A DNA stretch of 48,562 nt from Verrucomicrobiaceae bacterium (GTDB lineage Bacteria; Verrucomicrobiota; Verrucomicrobiia; Verrucomicrobiales; Akkermansiaceae), in NCBI GenBank assembly GCA_051252135.1, contig JBPOGH010000025.1:1-48562 (forward strand), read 5' to 3'. Position 1 is the first letter of the stretch. Each line of letters begins with the position of its first letter. The position numbers were made by a program, and so were the translations under genes. Below, piece by piece: positions 31,013 to 39,958 of this stretch. The notes beneath the pieces were generated by a model. It had not been told where the DNA came from, searched no databases, and saw only the letters and a list, made by a program, of their open reading frames with translations.

Positions 31013-33661
31013 CTATTCGACGGGAGTGAGGGGGAGGACGATCTGGCCATCGAGGATGACGTGGAGGCGTTTGTCATCGGCCGAGACAGCGGTGACCTCG
31101 CGCTCGAGGGCATCGGCGAGGGGTTTATTGCCATCGCGGAGGGCTTTGGTGCCGGATTCCCGGAGGAGGTTGATGTAGTCGATGCGGGCATCGGCGAAGT
31201 CCTCCTTGTAGTCCTCCCAGAGTTCATAGACCTCTTCCTGGACCTCTTTGAACTCCTTGCGAATTCTGGCAGGAACGGCGGGAGGGAGTCTGTCGGGGAG
31301 GGCGTGATTTTCGTCATATCCCTCGAAGGTGGCGACGAGTTCCTCCGGGGTGGAATCATTGAGGTCACGGTCACTTTTGATCCGGCGGGTGGCGTCACGG
31401 ACGAAGTCGGAGATGACATCGTCATATTTTCGGCGGAACCGTTGGTAGTCGCGTCCATGCTTGTTGCGGACGGCGAGTCGGATTTCCTCAGCCTGCTGCA
31501 AGAAAGGAGATTCGGCGGGAGAGTTGGGCGAGGCTACGGCCTCGGGCATGTTGCGCTGGCTTGGATGGGACCATTCCAGGATGAAGTAGCGGTTGGGGAG
31601 GGTGGGGTCGGTGTCGTTGAAGCCAAGGTCCTCGATCCACTGGGGGTTGTCGTATTCGAGGGCGGTTTCGAGGCCGCTTTTGTTGTCGGGATTATGGGGG
31701 AGCCAGGTGTGGAAGTCGAAGATCTCGCCGGTGACGTTGTTGATGGATGCGGGATCCTCTTTGGGGCGGAAGGCACCGAACCAGCACGATTCGCCATCGA
31801 GGAGAAGGTCATCGAGCATTTTGGTGAGGAAAGCGGCTTCCTGGGCGCTGGAAAGGACGGCGAGATGACCTTCGTATTTTTTGCAAAATTCGTAGGCTTC
31901 GTAGGCCGTCATTTTGCGATCCATGAGCATGTATCGGGTGCCGGAGAACTCGAAGGCAGAGGCGGGGAAAACGGGGCGGGTTCCTGCTTTGAGTGCTTCG
32001 GCGGTGCGGGCGAGTTGTGCTTCTTCGGAACCGGGATTGGAGCCGTCCATTTTCCACTCGAAAAGGGCCGGGAATTCCCTGTTGCCTTCGACATCTGCGA
32101 TGCCGGCGCCGGTGAGGGCGGTGAAGTCCTGTCCGGCGGGATTTGAGGAGGTGTCGTTGTCCGGTGAGCCTGCGGCCCAGAGTGAGGCATCGAAGGGGGC
32201 TCCACTGAGCCAATTCCATTGTGCTTCGGTGCCGGAATCAGAGCCGCCGATCCAGACGGGGGAGTTGGAGGAGAAGTTTTCCTTAATCCAGTTGAGGTCT
32301 TCGGTGTTGGAGATGGTGGCGAGCGAAGCGCCGCAGCGTTCGGCGAGGGCCTGGGCCTGGGTCCAGGTGGAGTTTTCGGTGTAGAGGAAGTAGCTGGAGT
32401 CTCCCCGGGTGATGGCGCCGACGGGGAGTTTGTCCCGAGTGCCATTTTTGAGAGTTTCCTGGAGTGATTCGAGGGAATCGAGAGGAGAGAGGGTGACGGG
32501 TTTTTCGGGCATGGGTTCCACCGGGTCCGGGGAGGAATGGGCCGGTGGTTTTTTGTTTGGATCCTTTTTGTTGGCGACGGTCTTATCGGGCTTCTGAGTT
32601 TTTTTCCTATCGGGTTTCTCTGCGGCGGTTTCTGCCGGATCGGTTGAGGCGGGAGGTGCTTCGGTCCCGGGAGATTCCTTCGGCGATTTATCCGAGAGGG
32701 CCACAAAGGCCACTGCTCCGCCGATGGCAAGAACCAGAAGGGTCATGACGAGGGGGAGAGAGGAGGATTTGGCGCTTTTGAGCGTGGTGAGCGGCGGGTG
32801 GGGAAGGGAGTCGGTGGGGCGGGGCACCGAGGTGGTGAGGAGAGGGCCGCTGAGGCGTGGGGCGAGGGCTTCAAGGTCATCCGCCAAGGTGGCGACGCTA
32901 TCGTAGCGCTGGTTGGGGTCGGCGTGAGTGGCTTTGGCAAGGATGGCATCGAAGCGGGGATCGAGGCCGGTGGTCATGCCGGTTGCGCCGTTTTCGGGCG
33001 AGCGGCCTTTGACCATCTCGAAGAGCATGGCGCCGACGGAGAAGATGTCCGAGCGTTGATCGACGTTATGGCCTTGGGTGTAGACCTCCGGAGCGGTGTA
33101 TCCGGGGGTGCCGTAGACGAGGCCTTCTCCGATTTGTGCGTCGATGGAGCGGGCGAGTCCGAAATCGCCGACCTTGGGGGTGGCATCGGCATCGAGCAGG
33201 ATGTTCGCGGGTTTGATGTCCCGGTGGAGGATTCCTCCTTTGTGGGCATGATCGAGTCCGCGGCAGATCTGGGAGATGAGCTTGATGGCGGTGGCGGGCT
33301 CGATGGCTTTTTTGTGGATGGAGTAGAAGAGAGCCTTTCCGATGACGAACTCCATGATGATGAAGAGCATGCCGTCGACATCACCGAAATCATAAACACC
33401 GATGAGGTTGGGATGGTTGAGGCGGGCCATGGCTTTGGCTTCGGCCTCGAAGGATTCGCGGAACTGGGGGTCTTCGCCGAACTCGCGCGGGAGGATTTTA
33501 ATGGCAACAGGGCGGTCGAGGGACTTCTGGGTTGCCTTGTAGACTGCGCCCATTCCCCCTTGTGCAATGAAGGATTCGACCTCGTATGCCGGGAAGTGAG
33601 GGGCAATCTCCTCTGGAGAGGGAGCAACGAAGGAAGTGGGGACGGAAGAATCTTCAGACAT
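31013..33661 (-). CDS. Hanks-type Ser/Thr kinase with TM helix and two C-type lectin-like domains
   Basis: GGMGAVY, VAIK, HRDIKPAN, DFGLA and GTPGYTAPE; TM LVMTLLVLAIGGAVAFVAL; TWTQAQALAERCGASLATI...WIGGSD...WNW and CKKYEGHLAVL...WFGA lectin-fold motifs. Confidence 0.9.
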   Translation of the reverse strand: MSEDSSVPTSFVAPSPEEIAPHFPAYEVESFIAQGGMGAVYKATQKSLDRPVAIKILPREFGEDPQFRESFEAEAKAMARLNHPNLIGVYDFGDVDGMLFIIMEFVIGKALFYSIHKKAIEPATAIKLISQICRGLDHAHKGGILHRDIKPANILLDADATPKVGDFGLARSIDAQIGEGLVYGTPGYTAPEVYTQGHNVDQRSDIFSVGAMLFEMVKGRSPENGATGMTTGLDPRFDAILAKATHADPNQRYDSVATLADDLEALAPRLSGPLLTTSVPRPTDSLPHPPLTTLKSAKSSSLPLVMTLLVLAIGGAVAFVALSDKSPKESPGTEAPPASTDPAETAAEKPDRKKTQKPDKTVANKKDPNKKPPAHSSPDPVEPMPEKPVTLSPLDSLESLQETLKNGTRDKLPVGAITRGDSSYFLYTENSTWTQAQALAERCGASLATISNTEDLNWIKENFSSNSPVWIGGSDSGTEAQWNWLSGAPFDASLWAAGSPDNDTSSNPAGQDFTALTGAGIADVEGNREFPALFEWKMDGSNPGSEEAQLARTAEALKAGTRPVFPASAFEFSGTRYMLMDRKMTAYEAYEFCKKYEGHLAVLSSAQEAAFLTKMLDDLLLDGESCWFGAFRPKEDPASINNVTGEIFDFHTWLPHNPDNKSGLETALEYDNPQWIEDLGFNDTDPTLPNRYFILEWSHPSQRNMPEAVASPNSPAESPFLQQAEEIRLAVRNKHGRDYQRFRRKYDDVISDFVRDATRRIKSDRDLNDSTPEELVATFEGYDENHALPDRLPPAVPARIRKEFKEVQEEVYELWEDYKEDFADARIDYINLLRESGTKALRDGNKPLADALEREVTAVSADDKRLHVILDGQIVLPLTPVE

Positions 33662-33776
33662 GGCAAAACACGGGGACGGGTCAAGAATGCCTAAGAATCC
33701 TTAAACATTCAAGAACAGCCTTTTGGGGCTTATTCAGCGGAGGCGAGCCCCGTGAGTTGTGCGAAATGCACTCCCG

Positions 33777-34778
33777 CTAGAGGATTTCTGCAATTTGGAC
33801 GGCGTTTAGAGCCGCGCCCTTGCGCACCTGGTCTCCGACGACCCATAGAGCGAGGGCGTTTGGAAGGACCTGATCGAGGCGAATACGGCCAACGAGGCAG
33901 TCGTCCTTTCCGGTGGTATCGAGAGGGACGGGGTAGAGGGCGTTGGCGGGATCATCGACCAAGCGGACACCCGTGACTCCATCGAAGGCGGCGCGGGCGG
34001 CTTCGACGGTGGGTTGCGATTCAAAGATGGCGGTGGCCGAGATGGAGTGGGAGCGCATCACGGGGACGCGGACGCAGGTGCAGGTGACCTTGAGGTCGGG
34101 AAGTCCGAGGATTTTACGACCTTCGAAGAGCATCTTTTGTTCTTCCTTGGTGTATCCGCTCTCCTGAAAGGCATCGACATGGGGGATGACGTTGTGAGCG
34201 ATCTGATGGGGGTAGACCTTTTTTTCGACCGGGTTGCCGGAGGTGAGGGCTTTGATTTGGTCCTCGAGTTCGATGATTCCCTGGGCACCGCTGCCGGAGA
34301 CCGCCTGGTAAGTGGAGGCGATGATGGCCTTGAGTCCGAAGGCGCGGTGGAGGGGGGCGAGTCCCATCAGGGTGATGATGGTGCTGCAATTCGGGTTGGC
34401 GATGATGTTGCGCGGGTGATTCCGGGCGGCATCGGGATTGATCTCGGGGACGACGAGAGGGACGTCCGCGTCCATACGGAAGGCGGAGGAGTTATCGATA
34501 ACGACGCAACCGGCTTCAGCGGCGATGGGGCCAAACTCGAGGGAAATGCCGCCGCCTGCGGAGAAGAGGGCGATGTCGATTCCGGCGAAGCTTTGAGGGG
34601 TGAGTTCCTGAATGGTGAGCTCTTCACCGCGGAAAGTGAGCTTTTTACCAGCCGAGCGAGCGGAAGCGAGAAGAGTGAGTTTCCCGAGGGGGAAGTTGCG
34701 TTCTTCGAGGCAAACGAGCATTTCTTGGCCGACGGCACCGGTGGCTCCGACGATGGCAAGGTGAGGCTGACTGGTCAT
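33777..34778 (-). CDS. asd: Aspartate-semialdehyde dehydrogenase
   Basis: VGATGAVG, DNSSAFRM, ANPNCST, YQAVSGSG, CVRVPV and RKGAALNAVQIAE motifs. Confidence 0.97.
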   Translation of the reverse strand: MTSQPHLAIVGATGAVGQEMLVCLEERNFPLGKLTLLASARSAGKKLTFRGEELTIQELTPQSFAGIDIALFSAGGGISLEFGPIAAEAGCVVIDNSSAFRMDADVPLVVPEINPDAARNHPRNIIANPNCSTIITLMGLAPLHRAFGLKAIIASTYQAVSGSGAQGIIELEDQIKALTSGNPVEKKVYPHQIAHNVIPHVDAFQESGYTKEEQKMLFEGRKILGLPDLKVTCTCVRVPVMRSHSISATAIFESQPTVEAARAAFDGVTGVRLVDDPANALYPVPLDTTGKDDCLVGRIRLDQVLPNALALWVVGDQVRKGAALNAVQIAEIL

Positions 34779-34895
34779 GGGGCGGCGGAAGATAGCGGGA
34801 GATCGCGGTGATGCAATCCTGAGTTTCGGGGATTGGGGAGGATTTTGGCGCTTTTTAAGGTCGCAGAAAAATCTACGGATTTTGAAGATAACCTC

Positions 34896-34923
34896 TTGCC
34901 ACGAAAAGGGACTTCCGTATTCT
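34896..34923 (+). promoter_or_regulatory. Sigma70-like promoter for the mini-lipoprotein cluster
   Basis: TTGCCA-16 nt-TATTCT, followed by a hairpin-forming 5' UTR (about 34937-34959). Confidence 0.6.
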
Positions 34924-34981
34924 ACTGGGCAAGTTGGAACGGAAGTTGCTCAAGTAACTCTGTCCATATCTTAAACTTATC

Positions 34982-35104
34982 ATGAAAGCACTACTCAAAA
35001 CCCTCGCTGTCGGCGCTGCAGCCTTCGCACTCTTCGGTCTTAACTCCTGCTGCGACAAGCAGCCTCAGGTTTCGGCTCCAGTTTACGAAGCACCAGCCAA
35101 GTAA
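34982..35104 (+). CDS. 40-aa lipoprotein MKALLKTLAVGAAAFALFGLNS|CCDKQPQVSAPVYEAPAK
   Basis: Hand translation; signal peptide with LNSC lipobox-like motif; below the ORF-track length cut-off. Confidence 0.85.
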   Translation: MKALLKTLAVGAAAFALFGLNSCCDKQPQVSAPVYEAPAK

Positions 35105-35143
35105 TTCTTTTCTAAACCAGAAAACATAAAACCAAGATAAACT

Positions 35144-35266
35144 ATGAAAATTGCAACCATCCTCGGTCTCGTCGCAGCTCTTGCTGGCTTCTCTCTGTCC
35201 TCATGCGGCAGCGCTCCTGAGCCAGCACCAGCACCAGCTCCTTCGATCGAAATTCCTTCCAAGTAA
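35144..35266 (+). CDS. 40-aa lipoprotein MKIATILGLVAALAGFSLSS|CGSAPEPAPAPAPSIEIPSK
   Basis: Hand translation; LSSC lipobox; A-rich leader before the ATG. Confidence 0.88.
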   Translation: MKIATILGLVAALAGFSLSSCGSAPEPAPAPAPSIEIPSK

Positions 35267-35291
35267 TTTCGTCGCTACCTGAAAAGGTTTC

Positions 35292-35332
35292 GCCCGGAGT
35301 CGGTGATCTCGATCATCGCTCCGGGCTTTTTT
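35292..35332 (+). terminator. Intrinsic terminator after the second mini-lipoprotein gene
   Basis: GCCCGGAG...CTCCGGGC-T6. Confidence 0.8.
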
Positions 35333-35355
35333 AACAACCGCTCGATCTCTAACAC

Positions 35356-35505
35356 ATGAAATTGTTCAAACTCATCAGCCTTGCTGCATTCAGCGTCGCC
35401 TCCCTTGGTCTTTCTTCCTGTGGATGCTGCACCGGAGAAGCTCCCGTGCCACCACTTCGTCCCCTTCCAGTGTTGAAGGAGATTCCAGTCGACTACGCCA
35501 AGTAA
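35356..35505 (+). CDS. 49-aa lipoprotein MKLFKLISLAAFSVASLGLSS|CGCCTGEAPVPPLRPLPVLKEIPVDYAK
   Basis: Hand translation; LSSC lipobox. Confidence 0.85.
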   Translation: MKLFKLISLAAFSVASLGLSSCGCCTGEAPVPPLRPLPVLKEIPVDYAK

Positions 35506-35527
35506 GGTTCGATCTTTAAATTTTCAG

Positions 35528-35558
35528 GAGCCGCACCTACGGGAGCGGCTCTTTTTTT
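35528..35558 (+). terminator. Intrinsic terminator after the third mini-lipoprotein gene
   Basis: GAGCCGC...GCGGCTC-T7. Confidence 0.85.
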
Positions 35559-35617
35559 GTGTGGTGATTCCAGACTTTTCAAGGAGAGGTTGATCGGGAT
35601 AAGCTTTCCGCACACTT

Positions 35618-36316
35618 ATGAATTCCAAAGTTCTCATTCACGTCTGTATCCTTGTGGTTCTCATTTGCTGGACGCTCATTGCCTACAATGGAGCGAAGGC
35701 GCCGGATGATCCGAAAGAGGGAGCGAATCAGGAGGAGGTCTATGATGATGAGGAGTATTACGATGATGATTACGACACGGCGATCATCGAGGATGAAGAC
35801 AAGACGGCGGATGTGATGATGGCGGTGGCGATTCCGATGTTGCTGATCGTGGTTCAGCTTGGATTTTTGGTGATGACCTATGTGTTGCCATCGTTCGTCG
35901 ATAAAATGTCCGAGGAGATGTATGGCTCAACGGCCGAGGTGGAGGATGATCCCTTGCATGATGCGAGGGCCGCGATGGCGCAGGGTGATTACCATGAGGC
36001 GATCCGAATTTTCCGTGAGGTGTTCCAACAGAATCCGGAAGATCGTTTTCCGATGGTGGAGATTGCGAAGATTCAGCGTGATAATCTCGATAGTCCGGCG
36101 CTTGCGGTGGATACGCTGAAGGAAGCGCTGGAGTCGAAGGAATGGCGGGAGAATGACGCGGCGTTTTTCATGTTCCGGATTGCGGACATTTACGAGAATG
36201 ACATGGATAATCACGAAGGAGCGATTGCGATTCTGAAGCAGGTGCTCGAGACGCTTCCCGATACCCGTCATTCGGCGAATGCGACGCATAAGTTGAGGGA
36301 GCTGGGTGCGATCTAA
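35618..36316 (+). CDS. Membrane protein with acidic linker and C-terminal TPR-like domain
   Basis: Two hydrophobic helices, D/E/Y-rich stretch, ARAAMAQGDYHEAIRIF...P TPR pattern. Confidence 0.8.
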   Translation: MNSKVLIHVCILVVLICWTLIAYNGAKAPDDPKEGANQEEVYDDEEYYDDDYDTAIIEDEDKTADVMMAVAIPMLLIVVQLGFLVMTYVLPSFVDKMSEEMYGSTAEVEDDPLHDARAAMAQGDYHEAIRIFREVFQQNPEDRFPMVEIAKIQRDNLDSPALAVDTLKEALESKEWRENDAAFFMFRIADIYENDMDNHEGAIAILKQVLETLPDTRHSANATHKLRELGAI

Positions 36317-36327
36317 CAGAATTCCGC

Positions 36328-38565
36328 ATGGTGTTGGGCAAGTCGCTCTATGATGCTTTGATAAGCAGAGTGGAGCGTGTCCGGCGGGAGGCTCCGATGT
36401 TTGCCATGGGTTGCGGCGCCTTGGCGGGAGCGCTGGGTAACGGTCACTTGATTTGGGCGGGAATCTTCCTTTTCCTTGGTCTGGTTCTTGGAAGGGCGGG
36501 CGTGGGTTGGAAAGTAGCGGTGGTGACGGTGGGGTGTTTGGTTTTTTGGAGGGCGGTGGCTCTTGATCCGGGTGAGTTGTCGGAGCATCGGACGACGCGG
36601 TCGGTTTCCGGTGAGTTGGTTCTGGGGAGGATTACGCGGGTGGGTAGCGGGGAGCGGGAGGGGGTGTTACGGTCCGGGGATGGCGAGGTGATCCGGGTGG
36701 CGGTGCAGGAGGCGGAGGTCTATTTGCCCGGGGATGTGCTGGAGGTGGAGGGGCGGATGTTTACGCCGGCGCGGGTGAGGAATCCGGAGGAGTTTTCGAT
36801 GGCGCGATCCTGGCGTGAGCGGGGGCTGGAAGCGGGGTTGGATTTGAGGTCGGTGAAGGTGGTTGGTTTTGACTGGAGACAGGCGTTGTGGCGTTGGGCG
36901 GAGGAGAGGAGGGCGTGGTTGAGTGGGGCGGTGACGCGGGGGATTGAGGATGACGGGGCTGCGTGTAGTATTATTAAGGCGATGATTTTAGGGGAGACTC
37001 CGGAGTCGACCTCCGAGATCACGCGGGCGTTTCGATTTAGCGGGGCGATGCATGTCTTTGCGGTGAGTGGGCTGCATGTGACGATTGTGGGCGGGTTGAT
37101 GTGGTTGGGGGTGTCGCTGGTGGGGGTGCCGAGGCGTCCGGCGATCTTGCTGATCATGTTGGCGATGGCGGGTTATGCGATGGTGACGGGCGGGAGGCCT
37201 CCGGCGATGCGGGCGACGTTGATGGCGGTGACGTTTTTGAGTGCCTTTCTTTTGCGGCGGCGGCCGTCGCTCTTTAATTCGCTCGCGCTTAGTGTGGTAT
37301 TGGTTCTGGTATGGCAGCCGTCGCTGGCGACGACGATTGGGTTTCAATTGTCCTATGCGGTGATTGGGGCGATCGGGTTGGGATTTTATGCGGCCTACCA
37401 GCTGACGGGGAAGATGGCGGAGGTGGATATTTTTATGCCGAGGAGATTGCTGGCTCCCTGGCAACGGCGGTCCTTGAATTTGAGAGGGAAGGTCGCAGGG
37501 ATTATGGCGACGTCGTTGGCGGCCTGGGTGGGATCACTGCCGTGGATGGCGTATCACTTTGGGTTGGTGACGCCGATTGCGGTGATGGCGAGTGTGCTGC
37601 TGATTCCGCTGACTTTTTGTGTGCTGGCGCTGGGAATGTTATCGGCGCTGGTGGGGGCGGTGATTCCTGCGGTGGGCGGCTGGGTCAATGAAGTGAATGC
37701 GGTGGTGGCGAAGACGGCGTTTGTGGGGGCGTCGGGATTTTTAAAAGTGCCGGGCGGGCATTTTGTGATGGATGGTCGGCAGGATGCGGATTGGGTGGTG
37801 TTTGATTTGTCGGATGGGGGGATGGCATCGTCGCTGGATACGGGAGAGGGGGTGTTGTTTGATTTGGGGAACGAGCGGAAATTTTATCAGATTGTGCGGC
37901 CTGCGTTGCGGCGTTGGAATATGTCGCCGGAGACGGCGGTGCTGTCCCATCCTGAGGGGAAGCATACGGGGGCGTTGCCGGCGTTGATGGAGCAGTATGA
38001 TCCGGCGCGGGTGTTCGTGCCGGTCTTGTGGGCACGGAGTCCGAGTTATCGGGATTTTGTGGAGTCGGCACCGGAGGGTGTGGTGACGGTGGGGAAGCGG
38101 GGGCAGCGCTACGAGTTATCGGATGATGCCTGGTTTGAGGTATTGCGAGAGGGGGCGGAGGGAGTGGATACGGTGGCGGATAGCCGGGGGATGGCGGTCA
38201 AGGTGCACTGGGACGGATGGAAGGTGCTGGTGACCGGTGATCTGGGCATTGTGGAGGAGCGGGAGATGATGGGGAGTGGGGTGGATCTTTCGGCGGATGT
38301 GGTGGTGATGGGGCGGCACTCGAAGACTTACTCGGGGTCTTATGAGTTTTTGAAGGCAACGGGGGCGAAGGTGGTGGTGGTGAGCTCGTCGCATTTTCCG
38401 AAGAAGGAACTGACGAGTGAGAGGTGGTTGAAGGTGCGGGAGAATCTGGGGATCGAGTTTTATGTGCAGTCTGATACGGGGGCGGTGTTGATGGACTTCG
38501 ATGGGGAGAGGTTGTGTGTGAAGGCGTTTTTGCAGCCGGAGAGGCTGACGATTTTGGAGCGGTAG
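36328..38565 (+). CDS. comEC: ComEC/Rec2 competence membrane protein
   Basis: HVFAVSGLHV, PPAMRA and GFQLSY motifs; C-terminal lactamase-like domain (LVTGDL). Confidence 0.92.
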   Translation: MVLGKSLYDALISRVERVRREAPMFAMGCGALAGALGNGHLIWAGIFLFLGLVLGRAGVGWKVAVVTVGCLVFWRAVALDPGELSEHRTTRSVSGELVLGRITRVGSGEREGVLRSGDGEVIRVAVQEAEVYLPGDVLEVEGRMFTPARVRNPEEFSMARSWRERGLEAGLDLRSVKVVGFDWRQALWRWAEERRAWLSGAVTRGIEDDGAACSIIKAMILGETPESTSEITRAFRFSGAMHVFAVSGLHVTIVGGLMWLGVSLVGVPRRPAILLIMLAMAGYAMVTGGRPPAMRATLMAVTFLSAFLLRRRPSLFNSLALSVVLVLVWQPSLATTIGFQLSYAVIGAIGLGFYAAYQLTGKMAEVDIFMPRRLLAPWQRRSLNLRGKVAGIMATSLAAWVGSLPWMAYHFGLVTPIAVMASVLLIPLTFCVLALGMLSALVGAVIPAVGGWVNEVNAVVAKTAFVGASGFLKVPGGHFVMDGRQDADWVVFDLSDGGMASSLDTGEGVLFDLGNERKFYQIVRPALRRWNMSPETAVLSHPEGKHTGALPALMEQYDPARVFVPVLWARSPSYRDFVESAPEGVVTVGKRGQRYELSDDAWFEVLREGAEGVDTVADSRGMAVKVHWDGWKVLVTGDLGIVEEREMMGSGVDLSADVVVMGRHSKTYSGSYEFLKATGAKVVVVSSSHFPKKELTSERWLKVRENLGIEFYVQSDTGAVLMDFDGERLCVKAFLQPERLTILER

Positions 38566-38613
38566 GGGGCTTGGATCCTGATTGGATTATTCTTTTTATT
38601 GGCAGGTGGAGTA

Positions 38614-38782
38614 ACCAGGGCGGCGCTGCGCTCTGCCCTTCGCTACGTTATTTCGGCCCGTTGGGCCTTTTGAGATAGGATTGCAGGGGGCAGGGAGGAA
38701 TGGGGACGAGGGCTTTTGCCTGCTCATCTTTTTGAGGGAGGCGGAGTGGAAGCAGCCGGACCTTTCGGAGAAAGGTCCCTGC
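38614..38782. repeat. REP-like hairpins between comEC and alr
   Basis: CCAGGGCGGCGCTGCGCTCTGCCCTT...GGCCCGTTGGGCC and GGACCTTTC-GGA-GAAAGGTCC. Confidence 0.65.
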
Positions 38783-38783
38783 C

Positions 38784-39896
38784 TTAGGTGGTGAGGTAGC
38801 GGCGTTCCACGCGGGGGGTGATCTGGGTGAGGATTTCCCAGGGGATGGTGCGGGCTTTTTGGGAGAGTTCGGAGACGAGGAGGTCTTTGCCGAAGAGGAT
38901 GGCTTCGTCGCCTGACTGGCAATGGGGGAGGTCGGTGGCGTCGACGATGATTTGGTCCATGGTGACGCGGCCGAGGAGGGGGCAGCGTTGGCCGTGGATG
39001 AGGACTTGGGCTCCGGTATCGGAGAGGGCGCGGGGGTAGCCATCGCCGTAGCCGATGCCAAGGACGGCGGCGCGGGTGTCGCGGGGGAGGATGGTGCGGC
39101 CGTAGGAGACGCCGTGGCCTTTGGGGAGTTCGTGGATGAGGGAGATGCGGGTCTTGAGGGTCATGGCGGCTACGAGCTCTTTTTGGTAGCGAGGGAGGGG
39201 GGAGATGCCGTAGAGCATGAGTCCGGGGCGGACGAGGTTGGTGGTGCGGCTTTGGTAGTCGAGGAGGCCGGCGGAGTTGCTGAGGTGGATGGCGAAGTCT
39301 GACGGGACGGAGGGGAGTTCGCGGAGGATGTTTTCGACGGTGGTGTCGAAGAGGTGGAATTGTTCTTTGGTGAAGGCGGGGTCTTCGTCGGCGACGGGGA
39401 GGTGGGAGCCGAGGCCGGTGAGGGTGATGCCTTTTGCGGAGCGGAGGGCGGTGAGGGCTTGGGGGATTTGGTGGGGGAGGAAGCCGCCACGGCCCATGCC
39501 GGTATCGAGGGCAAGGTGGGCGCGGATGGGGTGGTTGTTTTTAAGGCCGAGGGAGTCGAAGTGGGCGATTTCGTCGAGGGAGCAGAGGCAGGGGACCCAG
39601 CCGTGGGTGGCGATTTCCTCGCGCTCGGTGGGGAGGGTGGCTCCGAGGATGTAGGGGAGGGTGGTGATGCCTGCGGTGTGGAGTTGGCGGGCTTCGCTGG
39701 CATTGGCGACGCCGAAGAAGCGGGGTTTTTCGGGTTCGAGGGCGCGGGCGGTGGGGACGATGCCGTGTCCGTAGGCATCGGCCTTGATGACGACCATGAC
39801 GTCCTTGCCGGGGGCGTGCTTATGGACAGCGGAGAGATTCTGTCGCATGGCTGAGAAGTCGATCTCAGCCCAGGCACGTGGAGGGGATTCGGTCAC
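38784..39896 (-). CDS. alr: Alanine racemase
   Basis: VIKADAYGHG, DTGMGRGG, VRPGLMLYG, VSYG, IGYGDG and GRVTMDQ motifs. Confidence 0.97.
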   Translation of the reverse strand: MTESPPRAWAEIDFSAMRQNLSAVHKHAPGKDVMVVIKADAYGHGIVPTARALEPEKPRFFGVANASEARQLHTAGITTLPYILGATLPTEREEIATHGWVPCLCSLDEIAHFDSLGLKNNHPIRAHLALDTGMGRGGFLPHQIPQALTALRSAKGITLTGLGSHLPVADEDPAFTKEQFHLFDTTVENILRELPSVPSDFAIHLSNSAGLLDYQSRTTNLVRPGLMLYGISPLPRYQKELVAAMTLKTRISLIHELPKGHGVSYGRTILPRDTRAAVLGIGYGDGYPRALSDTGAQVLIHGQRCPLLGRVTMDQIIVDATDLPHCQSGDEAILFGKDLLVSELSQKARTIPWEILTQITPRVERRYLTT

Positions 39897-39958
39897 GCGG
39901 AGAAGATATAGGGAAATTAGGAATTAGAAATTCTGAAATCATCCGCTATGAGTAAGGC

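Noticed and set aside
34777..35058. ORF-track calls 34777..34974 (+) and 34873..35058 (-)
   Set aside because: They overlap the promoter and the first mini-lipoprotein gene, which has much stronger signals
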